Part shown: piece by piece, positions 50,509-64,000 of the stretch
Position numbering within the stretch: position 1 is the first letter of the stretch
How the letters are laid out: each line of letters starts with the position of its first letter
Assembly: GCA_002269645.1 (NCBI GenBank)
Contig: NIVC01001573.1
Span: 156,681-220,680 of the forward strand
Reading direction: 5' to 3'
Origin: Macrostomum lignano
Taxonomy: Eukaryota
Length of the DNA: 64,000 nucleotides
Program-made: the position numbers and the translations under genes
The notes under the pieces: model-generated
The model's database searches: none
What the model was told of the DNA's origin: nothing
The model's input: only the letters and a program-made list of their open reading frames with translations

Positions 50509-53500
50509 CTACGGGCTGGTGAGCTGCTGGCGCTGCTGCAGGTGCGGCCCCAGTTTGCAGCGTCTCACGTGCTTCTCCATCGTGCTGGCCACTGAGTAGG
50601 GTGTGCCGCAGAATTTGCACTTGTAGGCAAATCGCCCGTCCCTGCAGTGAGTTTTCATGTGCCGGGTCAGCTTGCTGCTCTGCGCGCAGGCGTAGCTGCA
50701 CAGGCGGCACCTGTAGGGTTTCTCTCCAGTGTGGCTCCTGCGGTGCACCGTCAGGTTCGAGCAGTTCTTGAACCTCTTGCCGCAGAATTCGCAGCTGTCT
50801 GGTCGAGACGAACTGCAGGGCTGAGGTGGTGGCGGTGGAGGCGGCGGAGGCGAAGGCGGAGGCGGCACTGCGTGCTGAACCGAAGGCATGAGACTACTCA
50901 GAGCCGAATGATAGAAATGCATTGCTGGCCAAGCAGGACTCAGCGACGATGGAGTCCCATAGCAAGCAGCAGGCACTTCAACATGTGCTGGGTACCTGCA
51001 AGTTGCGTTCAGTTTCTAAGCGTTAGCGTTCAGCCCTAAGCCCTAACCCTAACCCCTAACCCCTAACCCCTAACCCCTAACCCCTAACCCCTAACCCCTA
51101 ACCCCTAACCCTAACCCCTAACCCCTAACCCCTAACACCTAACCCCTAACCCTAACCCCTAACCCATAACCCCTATCCCCTAACCCCTAACCCCTAAACC
51201 ATAACCCCTTACCCCTAACCCCTAATCCCTAACCACTAACCCATAACTCCTAACCCCTAACCCCTAAACCCTAACCCCTAACCCATAACTCCTAACCCCT
51301 AACCCCTAAACCCCTAACCCCTAACCCCTAACCCCTAACCCCTAACCCCTAACCCCTAACCCCTAACCCCTAACCCCTAACCCCTAACCCCTAACCCCTA
51401 ACCCCTAACCCCTAACCCCTAACCCCTAACCCCTAACCCCTAACACCTAACCCCTAACCCCTAACCCCTAACCCATAACCCCTATCCCCTAACCCCTAAC
51501 CCCTAAACCATAACCCCTTACCCCTAACCCCTAATCCCTAACCACTAACCCATAACCCCTAACCCCTAACCCCTAAACCCCTAACCCCTAACCCCTAACC
51601 CCTAACCCCTAACCCCTAACCCCTAACCCCTAACCCCTAACCCCTAACCCCTATCCCCTAACCCCTAACCCCTAACCCCTAACCCCTAACCCCTAACCCC
51701 TAACCCCTAGCCCCTAACCCCTAACCCCTAACCCCTAACCCCTAACCCCTAACACCTAACCCCTAACCCCTAACCCCTAACCCCTAACCCCTATCCCCTA
51801 ACCCCTAACCCCTAACCCATAACCCCTTACCCCTAACCCCTAACCCCTAACCACTAACCCATAACCCCTAACCCCTAACCCTAAACCCCTAACCCCTAAC
51901 CCCTAACCCCTAACCCCTAACCCCTAACCCCTAACCCCTATCCCCTATCCCCTAACCCCTAACCCCTAACCCCTAACCCCTAACCCTAACCCTAACCCCT
52001 AACCCCTAACCCCTAACCCCTAACCCCCTAACCCCTAACCCCTAACCCCTAACCATTAACCTCCAAGCCTTAACAACCCCTTTATTAATAAATAACGTTA
52101 TGAAACCTCGGCGCCAGATGTCCAATGGACAGTCCAGGTTTGCACTGCTGAGTCAGCCAGGCCTGCGCCGCCAGAGCCATAGACAAGACCAGCTGTGGCT
52201 CCTGGCTGAACATGCTGGACCGATGGTCCACCTGCGACTGGTGCATCGGGTCCCAGGCTGTGCGGAAGCTCGGTTCTACAGTGCCACGTTTGGCGGGATC
52301 AGAAACTTGTATGAGCAGTCGGTGATTGGATGAAAGGATGATGGAATAAATGTAATAACCCCCTGGAGTACCTGAGGGAACACAGGTGATAACCCCCTGG
52401 AGTACCTGAGGGAACACAGGTGATAACCCCCTGGAGTACCTGAGGGAACACAGGTGATAACCCCCTGGAGTACCTGAGGGAACACAGGTGATAACTCACT
52501 GGAGTGCTTGAGGGAATACAGGTGATAACTCACTGGAGTGCCTGAGGGAACACAGGTGATAACTCACTGGAGTGCCAGAGGGAACACAGGTGATAATTAG
52601 TTGGAGTACCTGAGGGAATACAGGTGATAACTCACTGGAGTGCCAGAGGGAATACAGGTGATAATTAATTGGAGTTCCTGAGGGAATACAGGTGATAATT
52701 AGTTGGAGTGCCTGAGGGAATACAGGTGATAACTCACTGGAGTGCTTGAGGGAATACAGGTGATAACTCACTGGAGTGCTTGAGGGAATACAGGTGATAA
52801 CTCACTGGAGTACCTGAGGGAATACAGGTGATAACTCACTGGAGTGCCAGAGGGAATACAGGTGATAATTAATTGGAGTGCCTGAGGGAACACAGGTGAT
52901 AATTAGTTGGAGTGCCAGAGGGAATACAGGTGATAACTCACTGGAGTGCCAGAGGGAATACAGGTGATAATTAGTTGGAGTGCTTGAGGGAATACAGGTG
53001 ATAACTCACTGGAGTGCCTGAGGGAATACAGGTGATAACTCACTGGAGTACCTGAGGGAACACAGGTAATAATTAATTGGAGTGCCTGAGGGAACACAGG
53101 TGATAATTAATTGGAGTGCTTGAGGGAATACAGGTGATAACTCACTGGAGTGCCTGAGGGAACACAGGTGATAATTAATTGGAGTGCCTGAGGGAACACA
53201 GGTGATAACTCACTGGAGTACCTGAGGGAATACAGGTTATAACTCCTTGGAGTGCCTGAGGGAACACAGGTGATAATTAATTGGAGTGCTTGAGGGAATA
53301 CAGGTGATAACTCATTGGGAGTGCCTGAGGGAACACAGGTGATAATTAATTGGAGTGCTTGAGGGAATACAGGTGATAACCCCCTGGAGTACCTGAGGGA
53401 ATACAGGTGATAACTCCCTGGAGTACCTGAGGGAATACAGGTGATAACTCACTGGAGTACCTGAGGGAACACAGGTGATAACTCACTGGAGTGCCAGAGG

Positions 53501-56500
53501 GAATACAGGTGATAATTCCCTGGAGTACCTGAGGGAATACAGGTGATAACTCACTGGAGTGCCTGAGGGAACACAGGTGATAACTCACTGGAGTACCTGA
53601 GGGAATACAGGTGATAACTCACTGGAGTACCTGAGGGAACACAGGTGATAACTCACTGGAGTACCTGAGGGAATACAGGTGATAACTCACTGGAGTGCCT
53701 GAGGGTTGAGGCAGCAAGGGTGATCAGAGAGAATGCCAAAACTCACCTGAAGGTTCTGCCATCACTTCGTTATCGCAGGCCGACTTGGAGGCTGAGCGCA
53801 TTGATGAAGCCGCAGATTGCAAAGCGTTACCATGAGAGATTTGCGTGCCTAGATATACAATTAAAATCTTAAGTAATCTTATAAGCGCTTATATACTGGT
53901 TTAAGTAAAGCATAATTTAGTGCACCTGTCTCGGTAGAGAGGCTCTTCGAGCCACTGACCAATAGACAGAAAAAATGCCATTTATACCACTTGGACACTT
54001 TTATTGTCTTGGCCTATTGTTCCCAGCAATTGTTCGGCAGTTATCGAAGATTATAAATTTATGCTAATTATTTTGCCAGCTGAACTCAATTATACGAGTA
54101 GCCAGCAGTTGCCCAGAGGGACAGACGGACCGAACAGTCTGCTCAGGGCTGTGGCTAATCTTAATGGCTCGTTAAGAATTGCAAAAGTTATTCAAAATGC
54201 AGCGAAGTTTTTTTAAGCTGTCTCGGTCCGTCTGAGCTCTTTCAACCGTTCATTCGGGTTTGATTGCGTTGCAGCGCAAGACTTGTAAGACAAACCGCCT
54301 TTAGGTGAGCAATGAGCTCATTGTGTCTCCAACTAGGCCAGTTTGAATTGCTTGTCTGCCTGATGTTCAAGTTTTATCAAGGACTCCAAGACAGAAGGCT
54401 GAGAATGAGATAAATTGGTAGATAGAAAGAAAGATAAAATGGTAGATAGAAAGGGAGATAGAAAGGGAGATAGAAAGGGAGATAGAAAGGGAGATAGAAT
54501 GGTAGATAGATAGGGAGATAAAAAGGTAGATAGACAGGGAGAGAGAATGGTAGATAGAAGGGGAGACAGAATGGTAGATAGAAAGGGATATAGAAAGGTA
54601 GATAGAAAGGGAGATAGAATAACAGATAGAAAGGGAGATAGAATAACAGATAGAAAGGGAGATAGAATAACAGATAGATAGGGAGATAAAATGGTAGATA
54701 GAAAGGGAGATAGAATAACAGATAGAAAGGGAGATAGAATAACAGATAGAAAGGGAGATAGAATAACAGATAGAAAGGGAGATAGAATAACAGATAGATA
54801 GGGAGATAAAATGGTAGATAGAAAGGGAGATAGAATAACAGATAGAAAGGGAGATAGAATAACAGATAGAAAGGGAGATAGAATAACAGATAGAAAGGGA
54901 GATAGAATAACAGATAGATAGGGAGATAAAATGGTAGATAGAAAGGGAGATAGAATAACAGATAGAAAGGGAGATAGAATAACAGATAGAAAGGTAGATA
55001 GAATAACAGATAGAAAGGGAGATAGAATAACAGATAGATAGGGAGATAAAATGGTAGATAGAAAGGGAGATAGAATAACAGATAGAAAGGGAGATAGAAT
55101 AACAGATAGAAAGGGAGATAGAATAACAGATAGATAGGGAGATAAAATGGTAGATTGAAAGGGAGATAGAGTCATCACGCAACATAAGAATGGCTATCCA
55201 ATTAGAAAATACTGTTAATTAAAAAGATCGATAAACCTTAGTGAAAAATAGCATTTCCATTTGGACAAAAGCAACCCATTAATCAGACATTTGAGAAGCC
55301 TCGCCTTTATCTTTGGGCAAATCTTTTGACAGGATTGTTTGTGCTTAATAAAGCGTTTAGATTTTTAATCCGAATGATAATTAATTGGACCAGTGGCTTC
55401 GTTCGTGAGCTTTAACTTAATGCTGGCTTGAGAATTTAATTGGGAAGATCAAATTGCCTGAGAAATTTATTTTGAGTTCGGAAAAAGGCATCCACTCAAA
55501 TGCCCCAAATACCTCGACAGGTAGACAACCACCCACATACCTCAAGACAGGTAGACAACCATTCCAATGCCCCACATACCTCAAGACAGGTAGACAACCA
55601 CCCACATACCTCAAGACAGGTAGACAACCATTCCAATGCCCCACATACCTCAGAACAGGTAGACAACCATTCCAATGCCCCACATACCTCAGAACAGGTA
55701 GACAACCATTCCAATGCCCCACATACCTCAGAACAGGTAGACAACCATTCCAATGCCCACATACCTCAGGACAGGTAGACAAACCCACTCCAATGCTCCA
55801 CATACCTTAAGATAGGTAGACAACCACCCACATACCTTAAGACAGGTAAACACCTGTAATGCCACTCTGGCCAGTGCTAGCTTGTACATTGTTTTCTATT
55901 AGCAAGTACATGTCGCTACTCAACTTATGTACGTAAGGCACGCGGCTCTTGTGCACGTTGTAATCAGATCGCTTCCAAATATATAAATATTGTCTCACCC
56001 TACTTGGAGGGTTAAGACCTGACTCCTGAGTCATTACATTGGCGTCGCAAGGCTGAACCATGGCCTTCCTACAACTGCCGGCCCCAGGTAACTTTAGCAT
56101 TAGAGACGACCCCCACTCCACAAGTAAGCGCCGGCAGGAGTGGTCAACCAACCTTCTGCGCTACCTGGCGGCCACGGGCATCACGAACGAGACACAGAAA
56201 CGCCAGATCCTCCTATACACGGCAGGCAAAGAAGTAAGCGACCTGTATAGCGAGATCATAGCAACAGAGACCGACACAACAGAAGGCGAGCCTACAGTCG
56301 AACCCACGGTCGACCAGCTGATCACGCTGCTCACCAAGCATTTCCAAGGTCGCGACAACATTGTGTTTCTCCGCTACCAATTCCGCCAGTGCGTGCAGGA
56401 CGAAGGCGAGTCGATAGTCGGCAGTCGGAATTCACCCCAGCACCGAGAAAGTGGCGGCCATCAACAGTTTCAAGCGGCCGACCAACGCGACCGAGGTCCG

Positions 56501-58674
56501 CTCGTTCCTCGGCCTCGTCAACTTCGTGGCGCGCTTTATCAGCAACCTGTCCGACAGGGCCCGGCCGCTCCGAGAGCTGACCCGGCAGGCTGCCGAGTGG
56601 ACATGGGGCGAGCAACAGGAGGCCGCGTTCAAGGACATCAAGCAAACGATCGCCAGCAGCGAGGCGCTGGCATTCTTCAACAGCAAGCTTCCGATCCAGC
56701 TAATCGTGGACGCCAGCCCCACGGGCGTCGGCGCCATCCTCGCCCAAGTCCAACCTGACGGATCGACGCGGCCGGTGGCGTACGCGAGCCGCAGCCTGAG
56801 CCCGACCGAGCAGCGCTACTCCCAGACGGAGCGGGAGGCGCTCGCAGTGAATTAGTGAATTAAGAGGCGGCCTGAAGTTTCATCACTACCTCAGCGGCGG
56901 CGGCAGCTTCAAGGTGATCACCGACCACAAGCCGCTGGTATCCCTGTTCAGCCCGGGGTCGCGGCCGCCGCCCCGCATTGAGCGCATGGCGCTGCGACTG
57001 CAAGACCTGGTCTTCCAAGTGGTTTGTCAGCCCGTCCGACTTCCTGAGCCGCCAGCCGCTGCCAATGCCGCCGAACAACGTCGGCGAGCAGGCGGATGCG
57101 ATCTACGTGGCCACGGCAGTGCGGGCGGCCACCCCGGTGTCCATCAGCCTGGCCACCATGAAGGCCGCCTCCGACCAAGATTCCACCGTCCAAGCAGCTT
57201 TGCACGCCATCCGCGGGAACCAGTGGGACAAGAGCGACCTGAGCCTACAGGGACTGCACGGCGGGCCCACGAGTTGTCCGAGCTGGACGGCCTGCTGCTG
57301 TGCCGCAGCCAACTGTACATGCCGACGGCTCTGCGGTACCGGTGCCTGCAGCTGGCCCACTAGGGCCACCAGGGCGTCAGAAAAACGCTGGACCGCCTAC
57401 AACCGAAGGTCTCGTGGCCTGGCATGCGAGCATCCGTGGGGGCGCACGTGGCAGCCTGCATCAGCTGCCAGGCCTGCACCCGCGAAACCTCGCCGAAAAC
57501 CACGCCGCTCAAGCCGACCGAACTACCGGAGGGCCCCTGGCTCGAGCTGGGGCTGGACTTCCTCGGACCGGTAAGCGGCAAGTCTCTGCTCGTCTGCACC
57601 GACCACTTCTCCAGGTTCCCGCTCGTGGAGGTCATGCCCAGCACCACCGCCTCCGCCGTCATCAAGGTGCTGCGCCGGTGGTTTAGCATCTTCGGGCAGC
57701 CGACGAAGGTAACTACGGACAACGGCCCGCCCTTCGCATCGGCCGAGTTCAGCAGCTTCCTGGCGGATCAGGACGCCCGGCACCATCGAATCACGCCTCT
57801 CTACCCTCCGGCAAACGGCGCAACGGAGCGGTGCAACTAGGGGCTAAACAAGGCCATTCGCGCGGCGGTCCTCGAAGGTCGGCACTGGACGCTGGCCTTG
57901 GAGGAATACCTGGCAGCGTACAGGCGCACTCCACACTGCACCACAGGCGTCGCAGCAGACCACGCCATCCGTCCGGGCGACCGCGTTCTGAGGCGTCTGC
58001 AATCCCGGCAGAAGACCGAGGCCTTCTATGAGTCAGTACCATAAACTGTGGCCGAGGTCCAGGGCGACTCCCTGCTCATGCAGCGCGACGACGTCGTCTG
58101 CCGCAGGCATGCCACGCAGGTCAAGCGGCTGTCCGAGCAGTCTAAGCAGTCCGATGAGAAGCCGCTCTTGCCGCCTGGCCTCCCTGAGCCCATGGAGCCG
58201 ATCGCCGCCCGGCCGCATCCCCGGCAAGCAAAGGACCCGGAGAGGAACTACAAAGAGCCCGACCTGCGCAGAAGCTGATCGACTTGATTTACTGACTGTC
58301 TCTTAAATGGACTGCATATGCACGAACTGTTAGTCACTTTTTATGGTTCCCTTTGTGTTTTCCCCGTTACTTTTAATCCACTCGAGGAGGATGTCGACGC
58401 CCATCCACCCATCCACATACCTCAAGACAGGTAGACAACCATCCACATACCTCAAGACAATTAGAAACCCATCCAAATACCTCAAGACAGGTAGACAACC
58501 ACCCACATACCTCAAGACAGGTAGACAACCATCCACATACCTCAGGACAGGTAGCCTAGACGTAAAGACACTCATTGCACTACCTGAGTACAAAGCGTCT
58601 TCAACATCAGGTGCGGCTTGTGGTGCGCGGCGCCGACACTTCGGTCTTTGTTGCTTCCGACGCGATGAGACCAT
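50509..58674 (-). CDS. BCL11: Compact BCL11A/B-like C2H2 zinc-finger transcription factor. Exons 58674-58584, 53848-53747, 52305(or 52275)-52107, 50995-50509
   Basis: N-terminal [12 protein letters not shown] (NuRD-binding SRRKQxxP motif); EPS...FRTAW; C-terminal triplet [51 protein letters not shown]...[21 protein letters not shown], near-identical to BCL11 ZF4-6. Intron phases 1, 1 and 2 are compatible. Confidence 0.85.
51034..52060 (-). repeat. Interstitial telomere-like array, mainly (TTAGGGG)n with some TTAGGG, intronic
   Basis: CCCCTAA repeats on the + strand, with unique sequence on both sides. Confidence 0.97.
52355..53705. repeat. Intronic minisatellite, 34-bp unit (GGAGTACCTGAGGGAACACAGGTGATAACTCACT)
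   Basis: Direct periodicity. Confidence 0.95.
54415..55170. repeat. Purine-rich intronic minisatellite, 24-bp unit (GATAGAAAGGGAGATAGAATAACA)
   Basis: Direct periodicity. Confidence 0.93.
55500..55854. repeat. 30/39-bp minisatellite (CCACATACCTCAAGACAGGTAGACAACC family), left part; continues at 58405-58555
   Basis: The same unit lies on both sides of the Gypsy element. Confidence 0.9.
55855..58391 (+). mobile_element. Internally deleted, degenerate Ty3/Gypsy (Mag-like) LTR retrotransposon. 5' LTR 55855-56038, PBS, gag from 56060, RT connection/RNase H, integrase, PPT; 3' LTR missing
   Basis: LTR with TGTAATG...CATTACA ends followed by TGGCGTCGC; gag [22 protein letters not shown]; [51 protein letters not shown]; [17 protein letters not shown]; stops and frameshifts; GAGGAGGA then only TGT. 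Confidence 0.92.
58405..58555. repeat. Right part of the 30-bp minisatellite split by the Gypsy insertion
   Basis: ATCCACATACCTCAAGACAGGTAGACAACC with 30-bp period. Confidence 0.9.
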
Positions 58675-58844
58675 CGTTCTCACATTAACTGCAGCTGAAA
58701 TCGCACAGGACAGAGGCTCGAATCTGTGCAGCGTGAGTAACGCTGGGATCCAGTTCATATTTATTAGCGAGACAAAGAACCCCAACCAATTAGCCAATAA
58801 GCCAGAGTTTCTAATTTCGGAGCCACACCCACATTTTGGAGCTG

Positions 58845-59875
58845 ATTGCATCCCAGTATGGAGCTGATTGCACCCCCACAATGGAGCTGATTGCACCCCA
58901 ATATGGAGCTGATTGCACCCCACATTATCGAGCTGATTGCACCCACACAATGAAGCTGATTGCAACCCATATTATGGAGCTGATTGCACCCCACATTATG
59001 GAGCTGATTGCACCCCAATATGGAGCTGATTGCACCCCACATTATGGAGCTGATTGCACCCCACATTATGGAGCTGATTGCACCCATACTAAGGAGCTGA
59101 TTGCACCCCAATATGGAGCTGATTGCAACCCATATTTTGGAGATGATTGCACCCCACATTATGGAGCTGATTGCACCCCACATTATGGAGCTGATTGCAA
59201 CCCATATTTTGGAGATGATTGCACCCCACATTATGGAGCTGATTGCACCCCAATATGGAGCTGATTGCAACCCATATTTTGGAGACGATTGCACCCCACA
59301 TTATGGAGCTGATTGCACCCACACTATGGAGCTGATTGCACCCCACATTATGGAGCTGATTGCACCCACACTATGGAGCTGATTGCACCACACAATTGAG
59401 CTGATTGCACCCATACTAAGGAGCTGATTGCACCCCAATATGGAGCTGATTGCAACCCATATTTTGGAGATGATTGCACTCCACATTATGGAGCTGATTG
59501 CACCCCACATTATGGAGCTGATTGCAACCCATATTTTGGAGATGATTGCACCCCACATTATGGAGCTGATTGCACCCCACTATGGAGCTGATTGCACCAC
59601 ACAATTGAGCTGATTGCACCCATACTAAGGAGCTGATTGCACCCATACTAAGGAGCTGATTGCACCCCAATATGGAGCTGATTGCAACCCATATTTTGGA
59701 GATGATTGCACTCCACATTATGGAGCTGATTGCACCCCACATTATGGAGCTGATTGCAACCCATATTTTGGAGATGATTGCACCCCACATTATGGAGCTG
59801 ATTGCACCCCACTATGGAGCTGATTGCACCCCCACAATGGAGCTGATTGCACCTCACATTATGGAGCTGATTGAA
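58845..59875. repeat. Minisatellite, ~24-bp unit (GGAGCTGATTGCACCCCACATTAT), between the divergent BCL11-like and kinase-like genes
   Basis: Direct periodicity. Confidence 0.95.
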
Positions 59876-60333
59876 CCATTTTGCACTATTGCGACACTGA
59901 ATGATTGTCTCGAGCTTCTCTGCGTCACTGACACCAAGTTTGACAGCGCCGTTAGCCCTCTGACGGTCCTGCACGCGCACAAAAAAGCTGAACTGCACAA
60001 GCCAGCGAGCTGCTTAGCAAACTGTAAACGTTTAAGTCTTTCCTTCAAAACTGTACGCTTAAAAGGGCTGTTTCGCATTCACTAAACAGCCGTCGAGCGT
60101 TGCTGCAGCCCGACAGGCAACCCCCTCTCCACTCTGCTCGGGCGAGCGAGAGAAAACTGCAAAACAGACGCAGGTGGGCGAGAGGCAGGGCTGGCCGGGC
60201 CTTGGCAACCAGAACAGAAAAGGCAGAGCTGAAAAAATTCTAAGTTGCTTCTTGCGCTTCATCCAGATGAGTGTCGGCTTTTATCCGAATTCGAGCTTTT
60301 AGACAGCACACAGATTAACAGCTCGGTCCAAGG

Positions 60334-64000
<3,667 letters not shown>

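Noticed and set aside
55320-55380. BCL11 C2HC exon (FIKHKQSC on the minus strand)
   Set aside because: An in-frame stop lies just upstream, there is no CxxC half and no suitable splice sites; possibly coincidence or a relic.
761-59875. CRISPR arrays among the 25-34-bp repeats
   Set aside because: Units are directly adjacent with no unique spacers, there are no cas genes, and the context is eukaryotic.

Overview
Eukaryotic (metazoan) genomic DNA with GC-rich exons, GT-AG introns and introns largely filled by minisatellites. The organism is most consistent with a free-living flatworm such as Macrostomum lignano; this is inference from genome style and gene content, not a database result. Spliced gene models read by hand from splice sites and reading frame: (1) ANKDD1-like ankyrin + death-domain gene (+); (2) a tandem cluster of secreted PAN/Apple + fibrinogen-related-domain genes (two near-intact, one pseudogene fragment, -); (3) a 9-exon nicotinic-type Cys-loop subunit with a Pro-Ala anion-selectivity motif (-); (4) intronless MFSD11/UNC93-like transporter plus a 5' partial duplicate (-); (5) an AK5-type dimerisation/docking-domain protein with no kinase domain (-); (6) an RGL/RalGDS-like RasGEF (+); (7) a small claudin/PMP22-like tetraspan gene (+); (8) a compact BCL11-like zinc-finger gene (-) whose introns hold a ~1 kb TTAGGGG array and a deleted Gypsy element; (9) a CAMK/MARK-like pseudokinase (+) running off the window end. 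Mobile DNA: four CORE-type tRNA SINEs, a second tRNA SINE with TSD, an RTE fragment, a LINE CCHC 3' end, a solo LTR, a Gypsy (Mag-like) derivative and a retroposon with a 41-bp duplication. About 25 different tandem arrays occur, some with higher-order structure. Most ORFs in the supplied track over these arrays are spurious. No CRISPR, rRNA or bona fide tRNA gene was found.
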